Assembly (NCBI RefSeq): GCF_009914755.1
Contig: NC_060927.1
DNA from: the human T2T-CHM13v2.0 reference genome, Homo sapiens
Reading direction: 5' to 3' (one strand)
DNA: 64,000 nt
In this document: positions 14,680 through 28,169 of the stretch, piece by piece
Numbering within the stretch: position 1 is the stretch's first letter
How the letters are laid out: each line of letters opens with the position of its first letter
Notes under the pieces: model-generated
The model's database searches: none
Seen by the model: the letters and a program-made list of their open reading frames with translations, nothing else
Told to the model about the DNA's origin: nothing
Made by a program: the position numbers and the translations under genes

Positions 14680-15435
14680 ACTCTGGTCTAAGCGGTTGAT
14701 TATCTCTTGCCTGGAGTATGGCAATAGCACCAACACTGGTTTCTCGGCTTCTACCCTTAGCTCTCACAGTGCTTTCTCAACAAAGCAGTCCGAGCGATCC
14801 TGTTAAAACACAAGTCAGATTATGTGACTCCCCTGTTCAGTACCCTTCCTTGGCTCCCCATCTCCCTTGCAGTGGCCCTTATAATGCACAGTGGGCCCCC
14901 AATATCCTGCCCTGATGTCACTTCACTGCTGCTCTGTGGGCTCTCCCTCCCCTCCATCAACACTGATCTTCTTCTTCCACAACCACATGGACCCATGGCC
15001 ACCTCAGGGCCTTTGCAATTGCCTTTTCCTTTGGCTGGAGTGCTCTCCTCCTGCATAGATGCGTGACTTTTCCCCTTGTACCTTCCAGGTCTTGGGTCAA
15101 ATACCCCTTCCTTGGGGAGTCCTTCCCACACTACCCAGTGTCAGATTGTGACCCTCTTCCCACACTTCCCACCATTTTCTACCCTTCTCTGCTTCATTTG
15201 CCTTCATCAAAGCATTTCTCAACTTTTAAAATACTATGAGGCCTGGATAACATAATGAGACCCTGTCTCCAAAATAATAATAATAGAATAATAAAATACT
15301 GTGAGGCTTACTTTTAAAAACAGTCTCATTTCTCCCCCCTCAAAGGTATAAGGTCTGAATGGGGAATTTCTGCTCCCAAGAACAGGTTCTGGCATTTAAA
15401 AGCTGCTCAAAAAATGTTCATTAAATGAAAGATGA
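14680..15435 (+). mobile_element. L2 LINE 3' fragment
   Basis: atctcttgcctggag...cctcagggcctttgca...tgctcaaaaaatgttcattaaatgaa, typical of the L2 3' region. Confidence 0.7.
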
Positions 15436-16307
15436 ATTGCACAGTTCTGGCAGACACCGATTTCCTACCTACTCAACAGCAATTCCTCTTTCCTTCCTTG
15501 CCAAGAACTCTGATTTTGTTTGGGGCAATAGTGTACTCTGCTATGGGGTCGTGTTTGCTGTAAGCCTGTAATAACGAGCCCACTCTATTCCTCCAAGCTC
15601 CTCTATGGCTGATGGTATCACCTGACCTGGTCCTGGCTAATGACACCTAGAGAAAGTCAGCTTGGTAGCCTCTGAGAATGAAGAGGGAAGATAACTTTTA
15701 GAAGAGATTTTCCTCCATGATGAAAGGCAAAGATATCATTCCTCCCCACTTCCATCTGGGATGAAGATTAAGACCCATATTGGTTTGATGGATAAAACCA
15801 GCCAACCTAGTCCAAAGATCCAAAATTGTTTTTAAAGGAAATTGTGGATTTTAGAAAAAGCAAAGCTAGATTAACTTGTAGGCATATTTGGTTATCATTT
15901 TTTGAATAGATGAATTCATTAATTTTGGAAGTGCATAAATCTTCCAATGCTTTCTCCCTTGAGGCAAAAGCACAGGTGAGATGTAAGCAGCTCCATGGGC
16001 ATGTTCCTCTCACAGTGCCACAGTTCCCTCTGCCACTCTGTGAGACACGGGTCCCAAACAGGTGACCTCCCAAGCTAGAGACTTTCTTGCCCTGTGTGGT
16101 ATTTTGAGTATTTGAATTATACGATTGCCAGCCAGCATTTGGCAATTGAAGAATACATATACCAATATTGATTTCCTGCTTCTCTTTAAAACTGGGAAGA
16201 TTTGGCAACCATGAGTCAGATTCATGCATGGGAACAATGATCTCCGACTAAATAACAATGCCTGGTTTAGATGGGGCAGCCCCTGTTGGTCACAGAAGCC
16301 AACCAGC

Positions 16308-16310
<3 letters not shown>

Positions 16311-16350
<40 letters not shown>
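16311..16350. repeat. (TG)20 microsatellite
   Basis: Perfect dinucleotide run. Confidence 0.98.
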
Positions 16351-16355
<5 letters not shown>

Positions 16356-17679
16356 TACCTGCCTTGATCTGGCCTGCATTTGTGTGTGCAACCACATGTA
16401 TGAGTGTGTAGCAAGTGATAGAGCAACCCCACATTGGGATTTGCCCAGGACAACCCTGGTATGTGTTTGGTGTATCAGCATAACTACCAGACCAGCCCCA
16501 CCCCTTGCCCCATTCCACTCTTCAAAGTGTGCCAGTTTGTACAATAAATTGTCCTACATATAGAGTGGCAGAGGTGCTTGCAGCACTGTGATGGGGCTAT
16601 GTGGACATCGTTATCTGCCTGGGGAATCCCAGTCATATTCAGCCTCCCTTGACAATGAAGGATCATAACTATGGCTCTTTAACTCCTTTGTAGCTCTCTC
16701 TGATTCAGTCACAGAGAATCATGTTCATCAACTTTCTTTGAACTATGTTAGTCGTGCTGTCACTAACTTAAAAAGTCTTTAGAATTAAATCAGGGTAATT
16801 CTCAAGTTCCAAGTCTACAGAGGCTACAAACAGTTTCCTAAACTTGTCCCACTGGAAAAATCTTTTAAACTTTTTTGGCAACCTATATATCAGGAAAAAT
16901 AGTAACGTATTCAGGAATGCATTTTTTTTAAAAGTCTACTTCTTACCATCAAGTGCAGGGGCTGGAAGCCATGGCTGTAGAATGTGTATGGCAGCATCTT
17001 ATCCTGTAAATCCCAAAGTTATGAGGGAATGAAAGATGGATCTTGCCAGCTTTATGCAGACCTAGAAAGAGGAAAAACAGGGAAGCCTGCTCTGTTAGCA
17101 GGCAGAAAACCAGAGGTAGTAAGGGTATTTCATAGCCCCTTCAAAATGTTGACAATTTTATTAATGATTCAGTTTCATATTTCAGTAATATGGTGAATAA
17201 TTTGGGATTTGAAAAAAATACCTTTATATGCGACTTTCCCTGCTACAGTAATATTTTCAGGTACACCAGAGCCTATACAAGTCCCAGGCATGTTGGATTA
17301 TTTGCCAAAAATGATTATTTGTGATGATACTTAATGTTGCAATTTACTGAGACTTCCTGCCACTACATCCATCTCTGACTTGACAGGTAAAGTAGGGAAG
17401 ATTTTTGCAAGAAAGTAAAATGTTGGGTAATTTATGGTTTTTCAACTTGTGTGCAAAACTGTGTTCATGACTCACCCAACAGCTTGTCCTGACACTATGT
17501 GCTGTTTCCACTGGAAGCAAAAGCGTACAGAATATTGCAGAGGGGTGAACACAAAGCAGGGAGAGAGGAGACCTCAATTCTAGTCATTGCCTTTTTTCTA
17601 CCTGTAACTTTGGTTGGGGTATTTCAATGTCTTCCTCCCTGGACTTGTATTCTTGGTCTTGCACATAAGGGTTTACAAA

Positions 17680-18080
17680 GGCCAGGATATGTGAAGTTTT
17701 GCTACAGTAACAAAAATTTCAGCAGCTTAACCAACAGAGGTGTATTTTTTGCTCAAATCAAATGTTCTATGCATTTGGTGACTCTCCAGGGCATCATGTT
17801 CTCTGTTGACAGATCACCAGCGAAGGCTGCTTTGGTCTTGTGGAAACTTCACATCAGTATGTGCTTCTATAATCGCAGATTGCCCATGGCTGAAGGAAAA
17901 AGCTTGGAGAATTGAACACTGTCTCTTAAATGCTTCTGTCTGGAAGTGAAACATATCACCTTCACTCATATTTCACTGGCCAAGGTGAATCCCAGGGCTC
18001 AGTCTAACTTCAAGGGAGCAGAGTAGTCTAATACTCTGTGTAGAAGAAGTGGAACTTGGTTACATTTGTAATGTGTGCCA
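17680..18080 (-). mobile_element. Old MLT1-type (ERVL-MaLR) LTR
   Basis: tgctacagtaacaaa...cagcagcttaac...tcactcatatttcactggccaag...aacttcaaggg motifs. Confidence 0.55.
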
Positions 18081-19798
18081 CAGGGTGGTACTAACTTTGT
18101 GATTTTCATATCTGTGTACATATGTTGATATATGCATATATACATACAAATGTAAACATGTATACACATATATATTCACATATATAAGCTTCAAAATTAT
18201 TTGCTCAGAGGAAATCTTACATGGAAACGTAAGTATAACAAATGAAAGAACTACTGAGGATGATGTTCTTGGCTTTCATCACCCTTCTATACTTGAGGAA
18301 GACCAATGTTTCACAATCCCTGGACAGTTGTAAAATGCTATGATGCTATTCAGTGGTCAGAAACAGAATAACTTAAGAAACTCGCTTAAAAATAACAGAC
18401 CAGCACAATTACTAAAATCAGATGTAAGTAGAATCATGTAACTGAGAAGACCTATACTGTATGAAAAAGTTAACCAACTCACAAAGAAACTGAGAAGAGA
18501 GACAAAAAACAGGTCAAATCCCAGTCTGAATAAATATCATTCCCAATAGCATGAAGAGGATTTGGGTCCCCAAATCCTAGTAAATATACCCTTTGCTGCA
18601 ACTGACATTAGCTTACCATTTGTATATGAGGAAACAGAAAAATTTAGATCCCAGGTGTTAATTGGGGAAGATATTGCATATGAAGTTATTAATGGATGCA
18701 TGAGCAATGTGACTTTTCATTAATGAAAAATAGAAAAATGGATATAAGAGTCTAATAATGTGTTTCAGTAGAGGAGCTAACTGAAAAGTCGTAAGACAGA
18801 AAAAAGCTAAAGTGACTTGCAAGACCAAGATGAGAACAAAACTCCAGTGTGTTCAGAGACAAAAACCATGCTAATACTGTAGACTCTGAATTACTTGTCT
18901 ATTCTTCAACTCAAATTAATTAACATAGTCACTATATGTCTCCTATGCACCGGGTATTTTTTATAGGAACGAGGGGTACAGCAGAAAAGAAAACAGAAGA
19001 GTCCATTACCCTGGGTGAATGAGGCTAATAAGCTAGCAGAGGAGAAAGATGACTAAAATGTAACCTTTGCCCTGGGCTGGATTACAGCTTGAGGGTAGAG
19101 GTTGGGAAGCAGACATATAAACAGCATAACAGGTATCTAGTTAAGTAGGATATATTATATGTTTTTTCTCCAAAGAAACAGTATGAACCATGGTGGTTGC
19201 TGGTGAAGGAGTGCAGGGATCATCTTAGAGAAGCAAGATTAAGTAGAGGGTTTATTTCAGCCACACTGCTTCAACTGCTGGATTCAGCATGAACACCAGG
19301 CTAGTTAGTGTGGTGGCAGCAGCAGCAGAACATGGAGGCTTCTCTACCAACTAAATTTCAGGGATGTCATCAATTCTCTGCGTGTACCCATAGCAACAGC
19401 TACAATCGGAGCAATGAGCAGTTGGTAGGCCTTATAGTGTACGCATCTCGGATATACACACACTGAAAGGATTTATCACTCATTTTCCTTCATAAAAATT
19501 ACTTGTATCTAAGATATTAATAAAAATTAAGGATCCAAAATAGGAAATCTCATGATCTAAAAGGATTAACCTTTATTTTTTACTTCTAGAAATCTATCCC
19601 ATGGAAATAATGCAAAAAGCAGACAAAATTGATCCATAAAGATGTTTATATCAACATTATTTGAAACATGCAAGACAGAAAGAAGCTAAATGATAAAATA
19701 ATTTGTGAGTTATCTGATATCTTTCCAATAAATGATTTCTCTGCTTTGGTAAGCCAGAGTCAGTTTCTGTTGTTCATTACTGAAAACCCTGACATACA

Positions 19799-19800
<2 letters not shown>

Positions 19801-19838
<38 letters not shown>
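19801..19838. repeat. (CA)19 microsatellite
   Basis: Perfect dinucleotide run. Confidence 0.98.
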
Positions 19839-19843
<5 letters not shown>

Positions 19844-22714
19844 GCATGTCTTCCCTGTCCACTTGTTATGGGGCTTAGATCCAATTTAGTCCACAGAGGT
19901 GCATGCTTAGACAAAAGCTGTTTTTTTTCTCAGCAAGTTGTATGCTTATTGCATCTGTGTATATATACGTTAAAAAGAAATGCACAGACAGAATAATGCA
20001 CACCAAAATAAATACTTTGAAACAGTGGGTACTTCTGGATACTAGGAGTTTTTTCTCTACTGGCTTCTAAAAGCTTTCTATTTTTCTAAGACATCATAAT
20101 TATAAGAAATTATAAATAAACATAATTATAAGTAATTACTTTCATTATAAAAAAATTAAAAGGAGGTATGTTTTCTTCCAAAGAGGTCATACTAGTAGCT
20201 AAGACACACATATACAAATAATAGTATACATCCCAATGTGGCAAGTGCTGTCTATAAGAACTTTATGTTATAAGAGTATACCACATAGCAAATGACTTTA
20301 ACTTTACTGGATGGAGTCACATCCTGGACCTGAGATCCATTCCTGTCTGAACAGGATCCCTGTAAATAGACCATAGCTTAGGCCCAGTATCAGGCTCTAA
20401 AGGTTACCATTGTTTTATTATGAATCTCCTACATACTTGGGATTTCTGGTAGCCTGACAGAGTACTTGCTTCTAAATTAGAAGACTTAGTTCAGGTTCTG
20501 TCACTCATGAATGAACAAACACTTGTTAAACACTTACTCTAATCCAAAATCAATATCTGTGTTTTGCATATGTTCCTTCATTGAACTTTACAGCCATCTT
20601 GAGAGGTTGGTGCTATTATCCCTATTTTTTGCGATCACAAGTCACTTTCTCCCTTTGAAAACACAGGTTCAGTATAAATGATTTTCCAGGTCTCAATCAG
20701 CTTTCATTTTTTTCTACAGCTTTGTGAATTTAGTCCTCTTCATATCTTAACTCACTGTGTGTTCCTTAACTTTTGTCCTATTCACTTGGTCCTTCTTCCA
20801 CCATTGCCTGGGTCAACCTCCAGATTCTTCCTCTTGCTTTAGATTTGTGGTCCTATTCTTGCTTCTTTCAGTCCTATGTGACACTGCTCAGCTTCCCCCA
20901 AGACAGACGCCAGGGACGAGACATCAAGGGGTCTGGGAGATAGGGAGTGGATGTTGGTCTCAGTGTTTCTCAGGGTAGGGCTATGAGGCCACTGTACTCT
21001 ACAAGGGGTCCTCCTGGATAGATACAAATGTATCCCTGAATGTTAAGTCTTTTCTTTGGGGACTGAAGACAAGCCTGTGGACTTTCATTTTGATGTGCAA
21101 CTAAAGATTTTTTTATTAATACAAATTTAAAATATGAATAACTAAAACTTGGTTTTCATAAACAAAAATTAGGGCATTATTAGAGTTTGCTATACACTTT
21201 CATTTTATATTGTTTCAAGAAGTCTGGCAGCCAACCAATGCTTTGACAATATTGCAAAGCTTCTACTGAGACTGTGCAGGCATAGACCAAGGGGTTCCCA
21301 CAACTTTCTGGAAGGATACTGTATTACTTATACAGCGTCAGCACTGTCTTAAGTTGGTTTGGGTTTGGGTTGTTGCTCTTATTGCATTAATTAATAGAGT
21401 TGAGAAAAGTATTGGAACTTGCTTTTGTTGTTATGTTGGTTGACTGATGCATTTTTAGAGATTTTATTGTTACTACTCCAATTCTTGGTCTTCACAGAAG
21501 TCTTTTGCTCTGCAAAGCAGGAATGCATAGGATAGGGAGGGTTAGGTCTTCTGCTCTGCTGTAATGAGTCAGCATCTAGAAAGTCAGAGCACTGCTGATT
21601 TACAGTCCAGCTGGATGTCTTTTGAGCTTCATCACATGGCCATTTTCCTGTTGGCAGGAGTCTCTGTGCTGGCTGATGACCCTTAGGCAGCCACCATATT
21701 CTGATAAAGCAAATTGACTGTGCTGCTTTAAATTTGTATCATGCCTGTTGCTGAAAAAGTAGGGAATCTGGGGATTATCCAGGCCCCTCCAACAAGCTCT
21801 CTTCACCAGGTTTGGGCAGGAAATAAGAGACTGGTGAAGCTCTCATTATTCTGAAACACTTGAGCATGAATCTTTCTGATGACAGAGATTGGCCCAATGC
21901 CTCGGGCAGAGATATAATCAATGAATACAACCAGCAATAGTGCTTATAATTTAACCTTTTTTCTGCAAAAGGATTTCCTGGCTCACTCAGCTCAAATGTC
22001 TTTTCTTCCAGGCACTTACCACTTTATTTTGAAGTTTTATTTTTCCACATCCAGTTCCACAGCTCTGCAGAATGTTGGTTGAGGTTAGAAACCACGCCTC
22101 ACTCATCTTTATATGCTCAGTGATAGCACAGAGTGAAATGTTGATAAACAATTGTTGGACTGAATTTAACTCAGAGGAGAAAGCCCAGCTTATGTCTACA
22201 CAGTCATGATATGTGCTATTCGAATGATGGCTTAGAGTGAGAACCCAGTCATCAGTAAAAGTAGTATAGACCTCCAGTCCCCAGGATAGGACAGAAGAAA
22301 GAGGGCGATATTGAAGGTAATGAATCCAACAACCTACATGTGTGGAATGCTTTCCACCAGCCATGCTCTGGGAGAGAGATTTTCATTCATTATTTGAGTT
22401 AATCCTCCAGATAGTCCCAAATATCTGCCTTACAGATAGTTGTTATCTGTAAGGCAACTTAAAGGCAACCAGAGAGTCAAAGCTCTGTGACTACTTAACA
22501 GCATCAAAGTAGCAGAGCTGGGAATGCAAACTCAGAGAACTTGATAACTCCATTTGAAGACAATGAGGGGAATTAGTTGCTGAGAGGAGGAGCACACTGT
22601 GTGGGAGGAGGTAAAGGACAGAACATGGGAAAGTTATGATGTAAGCCTTGGCAAATGCAAGAGGCATTTCTTCACTAGAAATAGAAGGGAAGAATGAATG
22701 ATGAGGTAGGGTTT

Positions 22715-23578
<864 letters not shown>

Positions 23579-23929
23579 TCAAAGTGGGCCCAGGACATCT
23601 GAATGCCTGTTCACATGCAGATAGACCCCTGGGCCCTACCTTAGAACTTTCCAATCAGACTGCTCCTACAGTGACCCTCATGACTGTGTGTGCACTGCTG
23701 TGACGACAGTGATGAAGTTATAGCCTCTCCAGATAGACAAATAAATCAAAAGCTGACATCAGAATATTGATTTGCACTGGCCCTTTTTGATAGAAAAATT
23801 TAGACCAGACCTTGAACAGATGGGCTGCTCACTTCTCCCTACCAGCTGTGATCATGGAGATGTAACGTAAGTTAATTTACCCTTCATCGCATCTTTTTCA
23901 AACGGTTGCCATATTGAAGTACAGCGTTA

Positions 23930-24700
23930 GGTATGGAGGACAGACAATGGTGAACAAAACAGATGTGCCCCACCCTCTCCCAGAACCTACAGTTCTAATG
24001 GGGAAAGCAGACATTGATTACATAAACGTGCCAGTATATAACATAAATGATCAATGTTCTAAAGAGGAAGTCCATGGTGCTATGAGCCTCTAATTGGAGG
24101 ACCTGACCTGTCTGGGGAAGAAAGGCACAGGACCTTCCCTTGGGAAGTAATGTCTGAAACATCAGTAAGAGGTAACTAGGGAAGAGGGTGTGGATCCGGG
24201 AGGGAGAGCATAGCAGGAACGGCATATGCAAGAACCCTAAGGCTGGAGACACTCGTTGAGGCCAGAGCTCAGGGAGAAAAGGTGAAAGTGGCTGTGGCTC
24301 ACATCTGCAATCCCACCACTTTGGGAGACCGAGGCAGGAAAATCGCTTGAGTTTGGGGGTTTGAGTCCAGCTTAGGCAACACAGTGAGACCTTGTCTCTA
24401 TTAAAAAAAATTAGTCAGGTATGGTGGCATGCACCCGTAGTACCAGCTACTTGGGAGGCTGAGGCAGGAGGATTGCTTGAGCCCAGGAGGTTGAGGTTGC
24501 AGTTTACAAGAAAATTAGCTCCTGTGGACCGTATTAAGAATTTTCACCCTCCCCAAAGCAGAATCTTATGATTAGCTTTGCATTTGGAAATCAGTATTTG
24601 GCTGCAGGGTGGAGGAACAGAAGAATCGGGACAAGTGTGGACTAGGAGACACCAATAAGGAGGCAGTGGCATTACTTGCCACACAGTGCTTGAGACACAG
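23930..24700 (-). mobile_element. L2 LINE fragment (interrupted by the Alu-derived copy)
   Basis: ggtgaacaaaacagatgtgcccc...cagttctaatgggg...agcatagcaggaacggcatatgcaag, reverse-complement L2 motifs. Confidence 0.65.
24294..24503 (+). mobile_element. Internal Alu fragment, local copy of 22902-23121
   Basis: Shares private variants with the Alu at 22891; no head, tail or TSD. Confidence 0.9.
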
Positions 24701-25429
24701 AGGGGGCCCAATAAGCCTTAGTTCCCCACTCAAATTCTAGAAGACTGCCAACACTGACTTGCCTTTTAAAGAAAGTCAGGTTTTCAGCTTACCCTACACT
24801 TCAGAGCAAGCATAAATAAATCAATGAATTCTATTTTCTCCAAATCTCTGACCGATCAGCATGTGTAGGCTGCATCCACAGGTGAGAAAAGTGAAATTAC
24901 TGGGCCTGTAGGCAGTTCAGTTACATTCATACAATCATGCACAGGCAATGAATAATCTGGAGTTTTCCTATGAGTTACTGCTTTGGGAGCAGTTTGAGCC
25001 TAAGTTTTGATTCCAGAGAAGGCAAAGAAGAACTATTCTCACCCAGACAATTATCATCTGCAAGAACAAAGTGCAGAAAGCAGATCAACAGTCAGTAAAC
25101 ATAATTTTAAACAACCCACATCCCTAAAATCTATGTTTTTTCACTATAGTGACAAGAATTCTTGAAAGACCAACTAAAAGCAGATAAGAATTTTCTAGAA
25201 GGTAAAAGATAAAAGATTTTGATGCCATCGGCCACATTTTTATGAGCCATATCTTTATGACTAGAAATTATTGATTACTGTAAAAGTTCCCTTAAGTCAG
25301 GAGACCTGCTACTACTTTTCATGTCTCATTTACTATAATTTTTTTATAGCTGTTTTAACAGTAAATCCTATTTTTGAATTTGAGTATGAAGACAAAAATG
25401 AATTAAATCTATCTGAATTTTATTCTATC

Positions 25430-25615
25430 TGGCAGTTCCTGGCTGTAAGACTTTGGGCAGTTTACTTAAACTCTCTTGCCTCTGTTTCCTCATCTTTCAA
25501 GTGGGAATGAAGATAATTTACTCTTAAAGGGCCTTTGTGAGATGAATTATAATAACATGGTGAAGCCTTAGAACAGAGCTGGCACGTGGTAAGCACTATC
25601 TCAAAGCCTAGCAAT
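25430..25615 (+). mobile_element. MIR SINE
   Basis: ctgtaagactttgggcagtttacttaaactctct...tgtttcctcatct...gcacgtggtaagcact. Confidence 0.7.
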
Positions 25616-26132
25616 TGTAACCCAGTACCCCCATTTTTCTAAGAGGTGGTTTTTCTCTCTTATTGTTCTCCTGGTTCCCCACATCCTATTTAGCCCTTCA
25701 GAAATGGAACTATATAGGCTTTTACCTCTCCTTCAGACATCTCTTACTGGGTAAGTTCACGTAACTGTGTGCTCTAAGACAGAACTCTTAACAGTTAATT
25801 TACAAACCACAGCATGTTTGCTAGGGAACTCTCACCCTCCAGGAAGTTGTCTTGAGAGATAACAGCTTGCCCAGGAAAACACCAGCAGTCACCAGCTCTA
25901 CTGCGTGGTAGATAAGCTAGTATGAGGACCATTGCCCTTGCTCACTTTCTCCCCTGTCTTTTAAAAGTGCTCACTTTCTTCTCCAAGAGGGAAGCGGTAC
26001 ATTTAAAGGTGGGATGCCTGTGCTTCATCCTCTAAGCTAGCTTTGGAAATAAATCACTTTCTTTATACCAGACCTCACTCTTGTTAATTGAACTCTGCAA
26101 GTGATAAGCAACTAACCCACATTTTGGTTACA
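25616..26132 (+). mobile_element. ERV1-class solo LTR (subfamily not determined)
   Basis: TGTAAC...GTTACA inverted termini, AATAAA at 26048, near-TSD caat/ctat. Confidence 0.8.
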
Positions 26133-26829
26133 CTATTGTTACCTGCTATATATCACTCAAATCTAGAGCCAAGTCCGTTGTTTGTTGTGCATCTTCTCCC
26201 ACTCATTGGTTTGCCTTTTTGATCTCTTGCCAGTAATTAACCTACTGTCTCTTAGCTCCAACCTCTCTGGGAGGTATTTGGCTTTGTGCTCCCCTAGGAG
26301 GTACTAGAGGGAAACCACAAGGCTGGAGAAAGAAGGGACTCACTCCTTCCTGTCTGCTTCTTGCTCCTGGGAACATCATGCTCGTCCCACTTCTCCAATG
26401 TCATTGTGTTCCTGTAGCAGCAATCACATCCAGCATGTAGTTTTTCCAACATTTGCAGAACCAGCCTTTCAACCTGTCAAGAGACCCTGGCTGTAGCTGA
26501 CCAGCACCTTCTCAGAGCACTGAATTTCAGCTCAATAGGCCCCTGCTTCCAGCTTCTGAGTTTAATAATGCCAACCTTTCCCTTTATATTCTAGACCTGC
26601 AATTATTACCTCCATGTTACCTTAATGTTCTCTTTTTGCCTTTTCAGTTACCTGGTTACAATTCTGTAACTAGTTAGCAATTCTTTGTATTAAGCTCTCT
26701 TTTCATATAACTGGGGTGGTTTATGAAACCTGACTTATCCCCGACTGATGCACATTCTTGCGGTGTTTGTCGATGAACTGTAGTTCAGTTCTTACTTTGA
26801 ATATTGTCCAATTTCTTTAAACAATCTAT

Positions 26830-27780
26830 ACATTAAAAAAATAGACAATCTGAAAGAAAATTGAGCAAGAGGCTTTAACATGTACTTTATAAAAGGGTCT
26901 CCAAATGCCCAAACATGAGAATATGTTCAATTTTCTTCATAATTAGGAAAATGCAAATTTAAACTCTAATGAAATACCTACTAGACCAATTAATATTAAT
27001 TGAAAATAACCAAAGTTAACAAGGATGTAGAACAATGCAAACTCTCCTATGCTATAAATATGAGTATAAATTGGTTACAACCACTTTGGAAAACTGCTTG
27101 GAAGTATTTATGTTAGTCATATCTATACCAATGACCCAGCAATTATAATCCTAAGTATGTCCCTAGTTGAAATGCATGCATTTCAATGCATGTACAAGGA
27201 TGTTTGTAGAAACATCATTTGTAGGCTGCTCTACCTATGGAGTAGCCATTCTTCATTCCTTTACTTTCCTAATGAACTTGCTTTCACAAAAGAAAAAAAA
27301 GAGAAAAAAAACATCATCTGTAGTAATTCCAGTTTGGAAGTAACGTAGATATATATCCTCCAACAACAGAATGGATCAACAAACTAAACTATATTTATAC
27401 AGTGTGATATTATATAGTAATAAAAATAAATTATAGCTCCTCAGAACATGGATAACTCTGACAAAATACTGTTAAGCAAAAGAAGCCAGATATAAAATAA
27501 TAAATATAATGTGATTCATCAACATAAAGGTAAAAAAATTGGAGAAATGAATCTGGTGTTAGAAGTCAGGATGGTAATTACGCTTGGGCTAATGTAAGGG
27601 GTAAAGACTGGGAGGAGGATGAAAGGGGTTTCTGAGTTGGTGATGTTCTATTTCTTGCTCTGAATGATGGTTTCATGGCTGTGATCACTCTGTTCATTGT
27701 GTGATAATTCACTGAGCTATGTATTTTGATATATTGTACATGTGCTGTATTTTAGTAAAAATATTTAAAATACTTAAAAG
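26830..27780 (+). mobile_element. Old L1 (L1ME-like) 3' fragment
   Basis: aattaggaaaatgcaaatt...ggttacaaccactttggaaaac...atgacccagcaatt...aagaagccaga. Confidence 0.75.
27225..27308 (+). mobile_element. Polyadenylated LTR (MER41-like) 3' fragment inserted with TSD
   Basis: gctgctctacctatggagtagccattc...aatgaacttgctttcac plus A tail; TSD AAACATCAT(T/C)TGTAG. Confidence 0.8.
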
Positions 27781-27816
27781 CTTGATGTTTCAAATAGTCA
27801 CTGAGCATTTATTTGA

Positions 27817-28169
<353 letters not shown>

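Noticed and set aside
16190-16560. Possible hAT-Blackjack (MER81/MER94-like) fragments; also an LTR33-like stretch at about 26230-26750
   Set aside because: Too diverged to call by eye; needs RepeatMasker or Dfam.
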